This document shows, piece after piece, positions 7,760-17,206 of a stretch of 64,000 nucleotides of DNA. Position 1 is the stretch's first letter. Each line of letters starts with the position of its first letter. A model generated the notes under the pieces. The model saw only the letters and a program-made list of their open reading frames with translations, had not been told where the DNA came from and did no database searches. The translations under genes and the position numbers were made by a program. This stretch comes from a virus: the IMG/VR virus record IMGVR_UViG_3300029395_000163; one strand, written 5' to 3'.

Positions 7760-8311
7760 ATGATTTCACATATAAGATTATTTAAAATAAAGAGAGTTGG
7801 AGATGCGACATACGGCGAATTAAAAGCGATAGAAAGCTACCTAGCGTGGCTGAAATTAGAAAGGGAAATTGATTTTGAAGAGTATTCTCCTTTCAGGGAA
7901 TGTCATGTTAGAAAAGAATTGCTTTCGTTGTATAAAACGACGTACTTTTCGAATATTTGGGATTTTGAAAAATCGGCGGAGACAGTCGCAGAGCTTCCGC
8001 GTGGGAATTGTGCTTATGAATGGATTCTACGAAATAACCCCGAGATGTCTTTGTGTGGAGTCTATGAAATCACCAAAAGGGAAATAGAAAATTTGACAGA
8101 TGATTGTTCAAAAATGCTATTTTTTGTGAATATCAATCTAGAAAACATAGAGGATCTTCAAGACATGGTAACGGAATCGCTTCTCGGGTTTTATGATTAT
8201 GTAGCCGACTATGCATATGTATTACAAAATGTGCTTTGTATGCTGAAAGCAGTACTAAAAGAAACTAATTTCGAAGATGAGATGATACTGTACGAATATG
8301 TTTTAGAATAA
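7760..8311 (+). CDS. Hypothetical protein (183 aa)
   Basis: TAAGGAGGG RBS. Confidence 0.55.
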   Translation: MISHIRLFKIKRVGDATYGELKAIESYLAWLKLEREIDFEEYSPFRECHVRKELLSLYKTTYFSNIWDFEKSAETVAELPRGNCAYEWILRNNPEMSLCGVYEITKREIENLTDDCSKMLFFVNINLENIEDLQDMVTESLLGFYDYVADYAYVLQNVLCMLKAVLKETNFEDEMILYEYVLE

Positions 8312-8349
8312 ACGGTTAGTAAACTTAAAATAAGGAAAGGTGGGATTTT

Positions 8350-8973
8350 ATGGGATTATTTGATTTTTTGAAGAAAAGAAAACCGGAAGAAGTCAATGAG
8401 AGTACAGAAAAGATAAATGAAGTAGAATATCTGCCGGAACTTCCTCCGATGGAATTCAAAGAGATGAGAAGAATATTAGCTACATTATGTATGATTGAAT
8501 CAATAGAAGACTGTATGTACTGTCCTCTTGATGGAAATTGTCCTTTTTATAGGAAAACGCAGATTTGGGATATTAACGAAACGGAAGCTCGTCATCTTTG
8601 CGAAATACTTTTAAAGAAAGGAGTTCTTGATTACTATACAGATATAAAAATCAACAACGAAGACAGAAAAGAGGAACTTCAAGTATACTGCAATCATGTT
8701 AAATGCGAAAATTGCATTATGGCAAATAGAGGAAGCTGCGATTTTGATTCTATGACCGATAATAGAGAGATTCGTGCTCTTTACGAAGCAGTCTATTACG
8801 GGGAGATTGAACAAGCGGAAGAATATCTAAAGCAAAGAGTTCAGTTAATTGGAGAGGAGTTGGCGGTGGAGTTACCAAAAGATGTGGAAGACAAAAACGT
8901 AAAAATAACTTTTGTTAAATGTGACAAAACCAGAAGCGAACTGAAAGAACGCAAGAAAGGAGAGTCGAAATGA
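8350..8973 (+). CDS. Cys-rich protein (207 aa). Same Cys-module family as 6708..7388.
   Basis: Motifs DCMYCPLDGNCPFY and YCNHVKCENCIMANRGSC. Confidence 0.5.
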   Translation: MGLFDFLKKRKPEEVNESTEKINEVEYLPELPPMEFKEMRRILATLCMIESIEDCMYCPLDGNCPFYRKTQIWDINETEARHLCEILLKKGVLDYYTDIKINNEDRKEELQVYCNHVKCENCIMANRGSCDFDSMTDNREIRALYEAVYYGEIEQAEEYLKQRVQLIGEELAVELPKDVEDKNVKITFVKCDKTRSELKERKKGESK

Positions 8974-9191
8974 TTCCAAAATTTTTTAAGAAAAAAGAAG
9001 TGTAGCGAGAGTGGGGGGTCAAAGAAACTTCCAACTGCTAAAAGAATAGAAAATATAGCTCACGAGATAGATTCTAAACTTCAAAAAGGAATGGTGTTTA
9101 AACACACAACTAAGTAAAAATATTTCAAGCTAAATATGGAGTGAATTGGAAACATTATATGAAAAAAATGATTTTTTGGAGGTTTTTTAAA

Positions 9192-9341
9192 ATGGCAAAA
9201 GAAAATAAACCACGTTGGAAAAATCTTGATATGTGGGAAAGACTGGCTAGAAGATGTAAGCAGAACGGTGCATCAAAAGAAACCGTTGAACGTATTAGAG
9301 AACATGGAAATCAGAGAATGAAAGAAAGAGAATTAGAATGA
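9192..9341 (+). CDS. Small hypothetical protein (49 aa from an internal start)
   Basis: ORF-track ORF is 9141..9341. The TGGAGG RBS lies upstream of the ATG at 9192. Confidence 0.35.
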   Translation: MAKENKPRWKNLDMWERLARRCKQNGASKETVERIREHGNQRMKERELE

Positions 9342-9541
9342 AAGTGTTTTATTGGATAATGATATGTTTAACGTATTTACAAGGTATTGCTTTCGCCGTA
9401 TGGTCGATAGGATATGTAATATACTATTTCGTTAAATTACGTAAAGAATACGAGGAATTTGATGCAGGGATATATATATCTGTACTAATAGGACTTTCAT
9501 GGGGGATCGCGACTTCATTACTCCTTGCCGCGCTCTCTTAA
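9338..9541 (+). CDS. Small two-transmembrane-helix membrane protein (67 aa)
   Basis: Two hydrophobic helices; start overlaps the upstream stop (ATGA). Confidence 0.45.
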   Translation: MKVFYWIMICLTYLQGIAFAVWSIGYVIYYFVKLRKEYEEFDAGIYISVLIGLSWGIATSLLLAALS

Positions 9542-9632
9542 ACAATAACCTTTTAATTGATTGCGTCGCAACGGAAAGCGGCGCTATTTTTATGCCAAAA
9601 ATCAGAAAGACAAAAGAGAAATGGAGGGTAAA

Positions 9633-9815
9633 ATGAAAGAATTTTTATCAGTAATAAGCATGGTTCTTATGATTTATTTCGGAGCAGCATTTATTAATAC
9701 ATATGAAATCGAGTACTTTATTCCGGCGGCAATCTTTTTCATGTCAACAGTCGGGATCATTATTGCAGACACAATAAAAGGTTATAAGGAGGCGAGAGAT
9801 AATGACGAAGTTTGA
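9633..9815 (+). CDS. Small membrane protein (60 aa)
   Basis: ORF-track ORF is 9561..9815. GGAGGG lies upstream of the ATG at 9633. Two hydrophobic segments. Confidence 0.4.
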   Translation: MKEFLSVISMVLMIYFGAAFINTYEIEYFIPAAIFFMSTVGIIIADTIKGYKEARDNDEV

Positions 9816-10011
9816 AGAGATCGGTCAGAAATTCCAGATGCAAGCGTATGATATAGATTACGCAAAATGGAGCTTTAAAAACTCTTGTAACATTTGTTGT
9901 TCTAGAGGATTACACATTAAATGCGAAAATTGTGCTATTGCTCAGTCTCACGCGTTAGTTATAGCGGCGCTCGAAGAAGCGAAAAGGGAAAATAGACAGG
10001 CGGCAAATTAA
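9802..10011 (+). CDS. Small Cys-rich protein (69 aa)
   Basis: AAGGAGG RBS; CNICCS..CENC motif. Confidence 0.45.
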   Translation: MTKFEEIGQKFQMQAYDIDYAKWSFKNSCNICCSRGLHIKCENCAIAQSHALVIAALEEAKRENRQAAN

Positions 10012-10044
10012 ATGGTAAGATAGACAAAAAGGAGGAGTAAGAAG

Positions 10045-10419
10045 ATGAATAAAAAGAAAATTATTGCTATTGTTTGTCTTGTCGTTGTTGCCGTAGTTGC
10101 ATTTAGAACCTATTCGACTCAGTGCGTTTACTGGGAAAGAATAAACGGCGAAGGTGTTGTCACGGAGACATATCATCTAAGTAAAAGAAGACCGGAAGAG
10201 CCGGTGAAAAAAGCTATAAGTTTGCTGCGGTATCCACCGGAATATAAAGTGACAGTCACTTATGATAATGTTGATTACACTGTTGATGACGAACTGGTGT
10301 ATAATAAATTAAAGGACATGAAAGGGGAAAAAGTAAAAATAGAAATTAACCTAGAAAAATTGAGAAATGGCAATTATATAAAGAGAGTAATAGCCATTGA
10401 TGATGTTCCTTTAAAGTAA
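10045..10419 (+). CDS. Membrane-anchored or secreted protein (124 aa)
   Basis: AAAAAGGAGGAG RBS; N-terminal helix IIAIVCLVVVAVVAF. Confidence 0.55.
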   Translation: MNKKKIIAIVCLVVVAVVAFRTYSTQCVYWERINGEGVVTETYHLSKRRPEEPVKKAISLLRYPPEYKVTVTYDNVDYTVDDELVYNKLKDMKGEKVKIEINLEKLRNGNYIKRVIAIDDVPLK

Positions 10420-10432
10420 ATATAGACAATCA

Positions 10433-10466
10433 AGCATTCTGCGATTATGCGGGGTGCTTTTTTATT
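10433..10466 (+). terminator. Putative intrinsic terminator
   Basis: Imperfect GC-rich stem (G-U wobbles) followed by T7. Confidence 0.35.
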
Positions 10467-10492
10467 GCAATAATTTAAGAGAAAGGGGTTTT

Positions 10493-10726
10493 ATGATGAA
10501 TAAAATCGAACGCTTAGAAGATAGAATTCGCCGAAATAAAAGAGAAATCAAAAATCTAAAAAATATTCTGGTAAACACAGAAGATGAATATGAAGCCGAA
10601 AATTTAGCGGAAGACATTCTTTTGCGGCAACTAATTGTGACGGAAGCGAGAAAAGAACTCGACAAAATCATGATGGGTTGCGGATATGCCAGTTACGACG
10701 ATTACTTGGCTTCGGAATGTGCGTAG
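10493..10726 (+). CDS. Coiled-coil protein (77 aa)
   Basis: ORF-track ORF is 10454..10726. GAGAAAGGGG precedes the ATG at 10493. Confidence 0.45.
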   Translation: MMNKIERLEDRIRRNKREIKNLKNILVNTEDEYEAENLAEDILLRQLIVTEARKELDKIMMGCGYASYDDYLASECA

Positions 10727-10739
10727 AAAGGAGATTAAA

Positions 10740-11000
10740 ATGCCGTTAAAAATTGAACTTAAATCTAAGATATTGATGCGGCTGGAGCAGTCGGGAATTG
10801 ATAACTTAAAGGAATACGCGAAAATCTTAAAGAAAACGGCGCGATACAAGGATTTTGGCGTGTATTTATCTGCTCTGGTTAGAGATATTGTATTTGACCG
10901 GGATGATGTTTCGTCTTGGAAGTCTAAATACAAGGTAGACAGCGATGAAGCAATAAACATGATAAAAGATGCGTTAAGCGAATTGGAGGTACTTGCATGA
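10740..11000 (+). CDS. Hypothetical protein (86 aa)
   Basis: ORF-track ORF is 10686..11000. GAAAGGAG precedes the ATG at 10740. Confidence 0.45.
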   Translation: MPLKIELKSKILMRLEQSGIDNLKEYAKILKKTARYKDFGVYLSALVRDIVFDRDDVSSWKSKYKVDSDEAINMIKDALSELEVLA

Positions 11001-11127
11001 CAATTATGAATTTTATTCCGGCGGAATCTCAGGGAAGCGATTTCGTAAAAAACAAGAGAAATCACAGGAGAAAGCGCGAAAATGATCTTGTTATTAAAAG
11101 GGAAGTTCGCGCAAGGAGGAAAGCAAG

Positions 11128-11382
11128 ATGCAGCGAAAAATCTTGACAGGAGCAGCCAGAGAAGATTTAAAGAGTTTAATTTCAGATTTTTGTCTGAATA
11201 TTGACGCAGATAGATTCGTTGAAAGGCTCGAAATAGAAATCTCAGGGAAAAGAGTTCCTTCCTATTATAAAGGAATTAATAAGAAGTCGGATTATTGTTA
11301 CGATGTGGGATACCAGAGGTTATTGCCGAGAATAATTGATTCGATAGAGCAATACGATGAGAAAATTGCAAAAGTGGCTTAA
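11128..11382 (+). CDS. Hypothetical protein (84 aa)
   Basis: AAGGAGGAAAG RBS. Confidence 0.5.
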   Translation: MQRKILTGAAREDLKSLISDFCLNIDADRFVERLEIEISGKRVPSYYKGINKKSDYCYDVGYQRLLPRIIDSIEQYDEKIAKVA

Positions 11383-11394
11383 AGGAGGTGTTTT

Positions 11395-11694
11395 ATGTTT
11401 AAATATGATGATTCCGAAGAAATGAAGTCTTTTCTGGATAGAGTGGCGAAATGCGAAAATGAACAAGAAAGAGAGATGCTGGAACAGATTAAGCATTACC
11501 TAGATTATCCAGAGCAGTTATCAGCGATACATGCGGCAGAAAGCTTTTTGGGTATTAAATTAGAAATGAAGAAGCCTCCGAAAGATATTATCTGCAAAAT
11601 AGCTGAACAGATGTATGAGGAATTGGCGGAATTTCATGAGAATTGCGAGCAAAAAAATGGGGGATATTTTTTACGAAACATATTTAGTAGATGA
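11395..11694 (+). CDS. Hypothetical protein (99 aa)
   Basis: AAAGGAGGTG RBS. Confidence 0.5.
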   Translation: MFKYDDSEEMKSFLDRVAKCENEQEREMLEQIKHYLDYPEQLSAIHAAESFLGIKLEMKKPPKDIICKIAEQMYEELAEFHENCEQKNGGYFLRNIFSR

Positions 11695-11726
11695 ATTTAG
11701 AAGATATTTTGGATTGGGAGAATAAT

Positions 11727-12236
11727 ATGGCTACAATTACTTTAAATATGGAAAATCTGTCGAAAGTAGAGAGAGAACAGCTTTTATCTTTGGTTGAAAA
11801 AGCAAATAAGCCTAAAAGATTTTGCCTTGATGATATGAGAGATAAAGGAATCTTTTTCTTTATAGATCCGGCAGGCGGCGTATGGAAGAAAGAGTTCATT
11901 TCGAGCAACTCATGCGACGAAAATAAATTCCTTTTAGGAAACGCTTTCCCAACAAGGGAAGCTGCGGAATTTGAAGTAGAGCGACTTAAAGTGCTTCATG
12001 AAATCAAAGAGTTTATTGCAAAAAATGATGATAAAGAGATTGATTGGACGGATAGTGTTGAGTTCAAGTACGTTTTAACATACCTCATAGATGATAGTAA
12101 AGTATCTGCTGGCGTATTTTACAGTAGTATGAAATATCAAAAAGAACTTTGTGCTTCTTCTGAGAAGATTATAAACGATATGATTGAGACTGTCGGCGAA
12201 GAGCGAATCAAGAAATACTATTTCGGAATAGAATAA
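11727..12236 (+). CDS. Hypothetical protein (169 aa)
   Basis: ORF-track ORF is 11691..12236. GGGAGA precedes the ATG at 11727. Confidence 0.5.
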   Translation: MATITLNMENLSKVEREQLLSLVEKANKPKRFCLDDMRDKGIFFFIDPAGGVWKKEFISSNSCDENKFLLGNAFPTREAAEFEVERLKVLHEIKEFIAKNDDKEIDWTDSVEFKYVLTYLIDDSKVSAGVFYSSMKYQKELCASSEKIINDMIETVGEERIKKYYFGIE

Positions 12237-12248
12237 GCGAAACCATTA

Positions 12249-12273
12249 GGGCTACGAAAGTAGCTCTTTTTTT
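12249..12273 (+). terminator. Intrinsic terminator (GGGCTAC-gaaa-GTAGCTC followed by T7)
   Basis: 7-bp stem with a GAAA tetraloop and a T-run. Confidence 0.5.
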
Positions 12274-12345
12274 ATGCAAAAAAATAAAAGCGTTTTCAGA
12301 AGTAATAGTTGGAAGCGAAATAAAAAAGAGAAAAGGAGATTTATT

Positions 12346-14154
12346 ATGAACAATGATTTTTTACAGAAAGTAAATGAAGAAATTTTAGCAGAAGATAATT
12401 CACGGTTTACAAATCCGGACAAGATGGAACTTACGGCGGAAGTAAAAGCCGGATTAATTGATGAAATCTTAGAATTGCATCATGAGTTTGGATATGATTC
12501 TACGACATATGGAGTTGAGAAGATTGTTGATACTTGGTGGGAGAACAAGGGAAGATACATGACTCAGTTATTTGGAAATCATCCGAATTATGTACCGGGT
12601 AAATTTCAGATTGTATTTGACTCGGATTATAATCGAGAAATAGATTCGGCTGCAGTAAATGAATTTCTTGAATGGGTAAGAGATAGAATCATCGAGAAAT
12701 TTGAGACTTATACCAAAAGAGAAGCTGAACGTATTGGAAGTGCTGGATTTTATACAGTTGTAAGCAATGAATATCCTGCCGGTATCTGTATTTCTGGGGC
12801 GGATTGCCTCACTTTTAATAAAATATTCCGTTGTTTCGAAAGTGCTTTGAAAATAGGAACAACACATCTTTTAGAAGATAACGCTTCCAATATAATAAAC
12901 GAATACTTTACAGATATCAGATCCAGAGAAGGACAAAAGAAATCTCGAGTTATAGGGAAAATCTGTAAAACACTCAACATTGACAAACATGCAGATTACA
13001 ACAGAGAATACGCTAAGCTGTGCGACGCTGTAAATCCATTAAACATTGTAAGACATACGATAATTTCTTGGAATCCAGTAGACTATTACACGATGTCTTT
13101 CGGAAATTCTTGGTCTTCCTGTCATACAATCGACAAAGAAAACAAGAGAGGAAAATCATCTGGATATTCGGGCTGCTATAGCGGCGGAACTATCAGTTAT
13201 ATGCTCGATGAAGTTAGCGTTGTATTTTATACAGTTGACAAAAATTACGACGGAAGAGATTTTGAACTTCAGGATAAAATTAACCGATGCATGTTCCATA
13301 TAAGTCGAGAAAACGGATTTTTCGTACAGGGTAGGGTCTATCCTCAAGATAATGACGGATCAAACTCTGTATATAAGTCAATAAGGGAAATCATGCAGAA
13401 AATAATCGCGGATTCTTGGGGGGTAGAAAATCTTTGGGAAGCGCCGAAAAAGGGAGGAGAGTATTGCAGTATGGTAATTAATCACTGCGGGAAAAATTAC
13501 GCAGACTACTTCAATTACAAGAATTGCAATGTTTCGCTTCTTAAAGGGGAAAATATAGAAAATGTAAAAAAGATAAATGTTGGACATGATGGAATTTGTC
13601 CATGTTGCGGTAGAGAACACGACGAAGAAGAAACAATAACTTGCTATAGCTGTTACAACAAAACGTACAAATGTGAGTGTTGCGGTTATGAATATAGCGA
13701 AGATAATTTGTGGCTTATAGATGGATACTATTATTGCGCTGATTGCTGTAGCGAATGTAGTGATTGCGGCGAAAGAATGGTTAATGACAACGCAACTTAT
13801 GTTAGAAATTACGGAAACGTATGCGATCGTTGCTTGGAGTCAGGAGATTATGATGAGTGCGCTGAATGCGGCGAATGGATAAGAGTAAATAACTTGGAAA
13901 CAGTGATAGCAGAAGACGGAACTATTTTCTGCGATTATAGATGCGCCGAAAGCTCCGGTTATGTGTACGTATCAGAAACTGGAGAATATGTATCCGAAGA
14001 TGAGTGCGTTTATTGTTCAAACTGCGGAGAATATGTTTTGGAGGAAGACTTTGATTTTGAAGAGAGAATGTGTAACAGATGTATAAAAGAAATGAGCGAA
14101 AATCAAGATATTAATTTTTCAGATGAACCTATAAGACTTGAAGATATTGCGTAA
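12346..14154 (+). CDS. Large protein (602 aa) with a C-terminal array of more than ten CxxC zinc-ribbon motifs
   Basis: ORF-track ORF is 12274..14154. AAAAGGAG lies 8 nt upstream of the ATG at 12346. C-terminal 180 aa are packed with CxxC pairs (CPCCG, CYSC, CECCG, CADCC, CSDCG, CDRC, CAECG, CDYRC, CVYCSNCG, CNRC). Confidence 0.6.
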   Translation: MNNDFLQKVNEEILAEDNSRFTNPDKMELTAEVKAGLIDEILELHHEFGYDSTTYGVEKIVDTWWENKGRYMTQLFGNHPNYVPGKFQIVFDSDYNREIDSAAVNEFLEWVRDRIIEKFETYTKREAERIGSAGFYTVVSNEYPAGICISGADCLTFNKIFRCFESALKIGTTHLLEDNASNIINEYFTDIRSREGQKKSRVIGKICKTLNIDKHADYNREYAKLCDAVNPLNIVRHTIISWNPVDYYTMSFGNSWSSCHTIDKENKRGKSSGYSGCYSGGTISYMLDEVSVVFYTVDKNYDGRDFELQDKINRCMFHISRENGFFVQGRVYPQDNDGSNSVYKSIREIMQKIIADSWGVENLWEAPKKGGEYCSMVINHCGKNYADYFNYKNCNVSLLKGENIENVKKINVGHDGICPCCGREHDEEETITCYSCYNKTYKCECCGYEYSEDNLWLIDGYYYCADCCSECSDCGERMVNDNATYVRNYGNVCDRCLESGDYDECAECGEWIRVNNLETVIAEDGTIFCDYRCAESSGYVYVSETGEYVSEDECVYCSNCGEYVLEEDFDFEERMCNRCIKEMSENQDINFSDEPIRLEDIA

Positions 14155-14170
14155 ACAGGAGGGAAAAGAG

Positions 14171-15193
14171 ATGAGTAAGAAGACAAATAAAAAACATAAG
14201 TCCAATAAACAAATAATGAACAATATAAAGTTCAACGAGTGCAGTAATCAAGAATATTATGATTTTATACATATTTGCCAGATGACACAGAAGCAGCTTA
14301 AGACCTTCGTTTACTATAAGCTTAAATCTTATGAATATGAGCCAGAAAAGGGAGATGGCTGGGTATTTGCAGAAGGGAAGACACCGGTTCTTTTAACTGC
14401 TCATCTGGATACAGTACACAAAGTTCAGATGTATAGTTACATGGAATACGAAAACTCAAAGAAAGAACATATTCTGACTGCGAGTGACGGAATCGGAGGA
14501 GACGACCGGTGTGGTGTATATATGATTCTAGAACTAATCAGAAGAGGATTTCGCCCATCAATTCTTTTTTGCGAAGATGAAGAAAAGGGAGGAATCGGAA
14601 GCGATAAATTCATCGAAACAGAAACAGCGAAAAAATTGGCTGGATTGAATTACATGATTGAATTAGACCGTGCGAATTCCAAAGATGCAGTATTTTATGA
14701 ATGTGATAATAAAGACTTTACAGAATACATCACATCTTCCACAGGATATAAAGAGGCATATGGCAGTTTTAGCGATATTTCAACTTTGGCTCCTTTTGCC
14801 GGAATTGCGGCGGTAAACCTTAGTTGTGGATACTACAATGCTCATACGGTATACGAAGAAGTGAATATGGAAGAAATGTTTCACACAATCGACGTAGTTG
14901 GTGAATTACTGAAAAGCGAAAACGAAGATAGCAAGCAATTTGAGTATATTCCAGAAGTGTGCAGTGCAATAAGTTCTTATTATGGGTATGATTCTTATTA
15001 TGGCTATGATTGCGGAGAATGGTTTGAGCCGGATGCAACCACCGAACTTTATATCATATACGCAGAAAACAATGAAGAAAAAGAAGTATTGATTGAAGGA
15101 TGCAGTGAGTCAGATGCGTGGACAAACTTTTTTATGACGTACGGTGATATTTGTTACAACGATATTCTGGATTATTATGTGAGCAGAAATTAA
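14171..15193 (+). CDS. Dinuclear-zinc aminopeptidase-fold protein (M28/M42/M20-like), 340 aa
   Basis: Ordered metal-ligand motifs TAHLDTV (His-x-Asp), GGDDRCGV (Asp-Asp), CEDEEKGGIGS (Glu-Glu), then later Asp and His. Start at 14171 follows ACAGGAGGG. Confidence 0.5.
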   Translation: MSKKTNKKHKSNKQIMNNIKFNECSNQEYYDFIHICQMTQKQLKTFVYYKLKSYEYEPEKGDGWVFAEGKTPVLLTAHLDTVHKVQMYSYMEYENSKKEHILTASDGIGGDDRCGVYMILELIRRGFRPSILFCEDEEKGGIGSDKFIETETAKKLAGLNYMIELDRANSKDAVFYECDNKDFTEYITSSTGYKEAYGSFSDISTLAPFAGIAAVNLSCGYYNAHTVYEEVNMEEMFHTIDVVGELLKSENEDSKQFEYIPEVCSAISSYYGYDSYYGYDCGEWFEPDATTELYIIYAENNEEKEVLIEGCSESDAWTNFFMTYGDICYNDILDYYVSRN

Positions 15194-15206
15194 GGAGGTA
15201 GAACTG

Positions 15207-16112
15207 ATGATTTTTAAAATAGAAGAAGTGTTAGAAGAAATTCAAAGACAAGCCGAAGTATTTGGAGGATCAAGAGTGCTCGGTTCTTATGATAATTTTT
15301 CTGGATACATCGGAGCGCGCGATTCACACGTGCCATTTTCTAGAAATACTATATCTTCATTTTCCAATAAAAAAGAAATCTGTGAAGATAGTTCAAATAT
15401 AACATTAGAACAGTTTGTTTCAGGTTTTATAGATGAACTCATAGAGTCAAATTTCTCAAATATCCGTAGTAGAAATTATGAAGTGATAAAAAAGTTAGTA
15501 CATAAAACGGATCAATATAATTCTTTAGTATGCGAAGAAGTTTTTGGAGGTGAATTCGGTATTTGTTATCTCCTAAAATATGACTATAGACCTGCATTTT
15601 TTGTCGATAAGATTATTCTTAAAGCTCTTCATATGACAGAAGAAGAGTTTCTTGAGATGGCGAAAAAGAAAGAGAAATGTCGTTCATGTGCGAGATTTAC
15701 TCCAAAATCTTATGGCTTAGAAATAAAAACTAACGGGTTAGAACTTATGAGTGAGGTATTGAATAAAAGATTTTTAGACAGAATCGGAGAGAAACTGGAT
15801 TTTAAACCGTTTATTTTGGCTACTAGTCGTTACGGAAAAGCTGTAGCGCTTAAATGCGAGAACATAAAGATTGGATTGAATTCTTGCATTGCCTCAGAAG
15901 ATAGAAAGGTAAAAGAAGCTATCCAGAATATTGCTCATTTGACATTCTCAATTCGCTATGTTTTTTATTTCGACCCAAGAAAAAATTACTTTGCAAACAT
16001 AGGAAATAAGACGTTCACGATTAGAGATACAAGTAACATTTTTTACTCTATTTCCGATCATTATGATGAGAATTTAAGCTTTCCTATTAATTATCATATT
16101 AGGTTTGCATAA
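15207..16112 (+). CDS. DUF5688-like protein, paralog 1 (301 aa)
   Basis: N-terminal pattern E.L..IQ....FGG..L..YDN..G shared with 16134..17033 and 17421..18254. C-terminal YFDPRKNYF. Confidence 0.5.
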   Translation: MIFKIEEVLEEIQRQAEVFGGSRVLGSYDNFSGYIGARDSHVPFSRNTISSFSNKKEICEDSSNITLEQFVSGFIDELIESNFSNIRSRNYEVIKKLVHKTDQYNSLVCEEVFGGEFGICYLLKYDYRPAFFVDKIILKALHMTEEEFLEMAKKKEKCRSCARFTPKSYGLEIKTNGLELMSEVLNKRFLDRIGEKLDFKPFILATSRYGKAVALKCENIKIGLNSCIASEDRKVKEAIQNIAHLTFSIRYVFYFDPRKNYFANIGNKTFTIRDTSNIFYSISDHYDENLSFPINYHIRFA

Positions 16113-16133
16113 ATCATTGAACAGGAGGAAGAA

Positions 16134-17033
16134 ATGGACGAAAAACTTAAACTGTTTCTGGAAGAGCTGAATATACAAGCTAGGTGCTTGGGCGGCTTGT
16201 TGCAAAATTATGACGCAAATCTTGGATTTTATTACCTGATTGGATGTGACAGTAATGGGACTGCTGATAGGTTTTCAGAATCAGATATTACTAGCTATAT
16301 TCTGGACGAAACTAATTACGGAACGAAAATGATAGATATGAAAACATTAGTATCTAAATTTATCGAAAAAGATGTTGAAGCGGAATGCTGGTTTATCGAC
16401 GCTATTGATGAATTTGAAATAGTCAAAGATATGAATCCAACAGGATCAGAAAATAAAGATTGCGCTTCCAAAAAAGTTATGAATGGAGACTATTCTTTAT
16501 ACTTTTATTTTTTAGCTGTAAAAACAGGAGAAAAATATATAGTAACAGAAAAGATGCTGAGAAAAATGAGGGTATCTAAAGAAGAATTTTTGGACAAATA
16601 TGGTTCAAAGGCAAAATGGAATCCACAAAGTCGTATGAGAATTACAAGGGCGGGGGATTGTTGTTATTCAATAGTTCCTATGGAAAGCTTCCTGTCTAAT
16701 ATGAGGATAAGCAGTAGGACGCTCAATCGACTAAGCAAAAGGCTTGGGAATGAACCGTTCTTTATCCTATATGATGCTTCTCTTAACGCCGTAGCTCTTG
16801 AGGCGAGATATGTAGTTGACTATATACGAGATTTCCCTATTACAGTGAGAGAGCTTGGATTTAGGGCGATGGTTACATCGACAATGTGGATCACTGAAAA
16901 TTTTGGGATTTGCGCTGAAGCGTTTTACTATGATCCCAGAACGAGAACCCTATCGACTATAAGCGACGAAAAGATTAGCGCTTCAATAGAGAGAGAGGAG
17001 GTGACGTATGACCAGAGTAAAATCTTGGAATAA
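16134..17033 (+). CDS. DUF5688-like protein, paralog 2 (299 aa)
   Basis: Motifs shared with its neighbours (RVSKEEFL, YYDPRTRT). Confidence 0.5.
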   Translation: MDEKLKLFLEELNIQARCLGGLLQNYDANLGFYYLIGCDSNGTADRFSESDITSYILDETNYGTKMIDMKTLVSKFIEKDVEAECWFIDAIDEFEIVKDMNPTGSENKDCASKKVMNGDYSLYFYFLAVKTGEKYIVTEKMLRKMRVSKEEFLDKYGSKAKWNPQSRMRITRAGDCCYSIVPMESFLSNMRISSRTLNRLSKRLGNEPFFILYDASLNAVALEARYVVDYIRDFPITVRELGFRAMVTSTMWITENFGICAEAFYYDPRTRTLSTISDEKISASIEREEVTYDQSKILE

Positions 17034-17196
17034 AAGAGAATTTGAAAAGCTTCTAAGAAAAAACGGGTATAAATTAGACCGGATAAACGGAAGCCATTAT
17101 ATCTATAGCAACGGCGAAAAATCAATCGCCGTCAAACAAAAAATAAATAAGATGATCGCAAGGAGGCTCATCAAAGAAAACGATTTAAAACTTTAA
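17008..17196 (+). CDS. hicA: HicA-family mRNA-interferase toxin (62 aa)
   Basis: LLRKNGYKLDRINGSHYIYSNGEKSIAVKQ matches the HicA/YcfA signature (..GSH..). GAGGAGG RBS. Confidence 0.7.
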   Translation: MTRVKSWNKREFEKLLRKNGYKLDRINGSHYIYSNGEKSIAVKQKINKMIARRLIKENDLKL

Positions 17197-17206
17197 AGGA
17201 GAAAAT

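Noticed and set aside
10462-11065. Minus-strand ORFs 10462..10671 and 10631..11065
   Set aside because: Antisense shadows of plus-strand genes. S/F/L-rich with no RBS.
12568-13620. Several minus-strand ORFs inside the 12346..14154 gene
   Set aside because: Antisense to a long, well-supported CDS.
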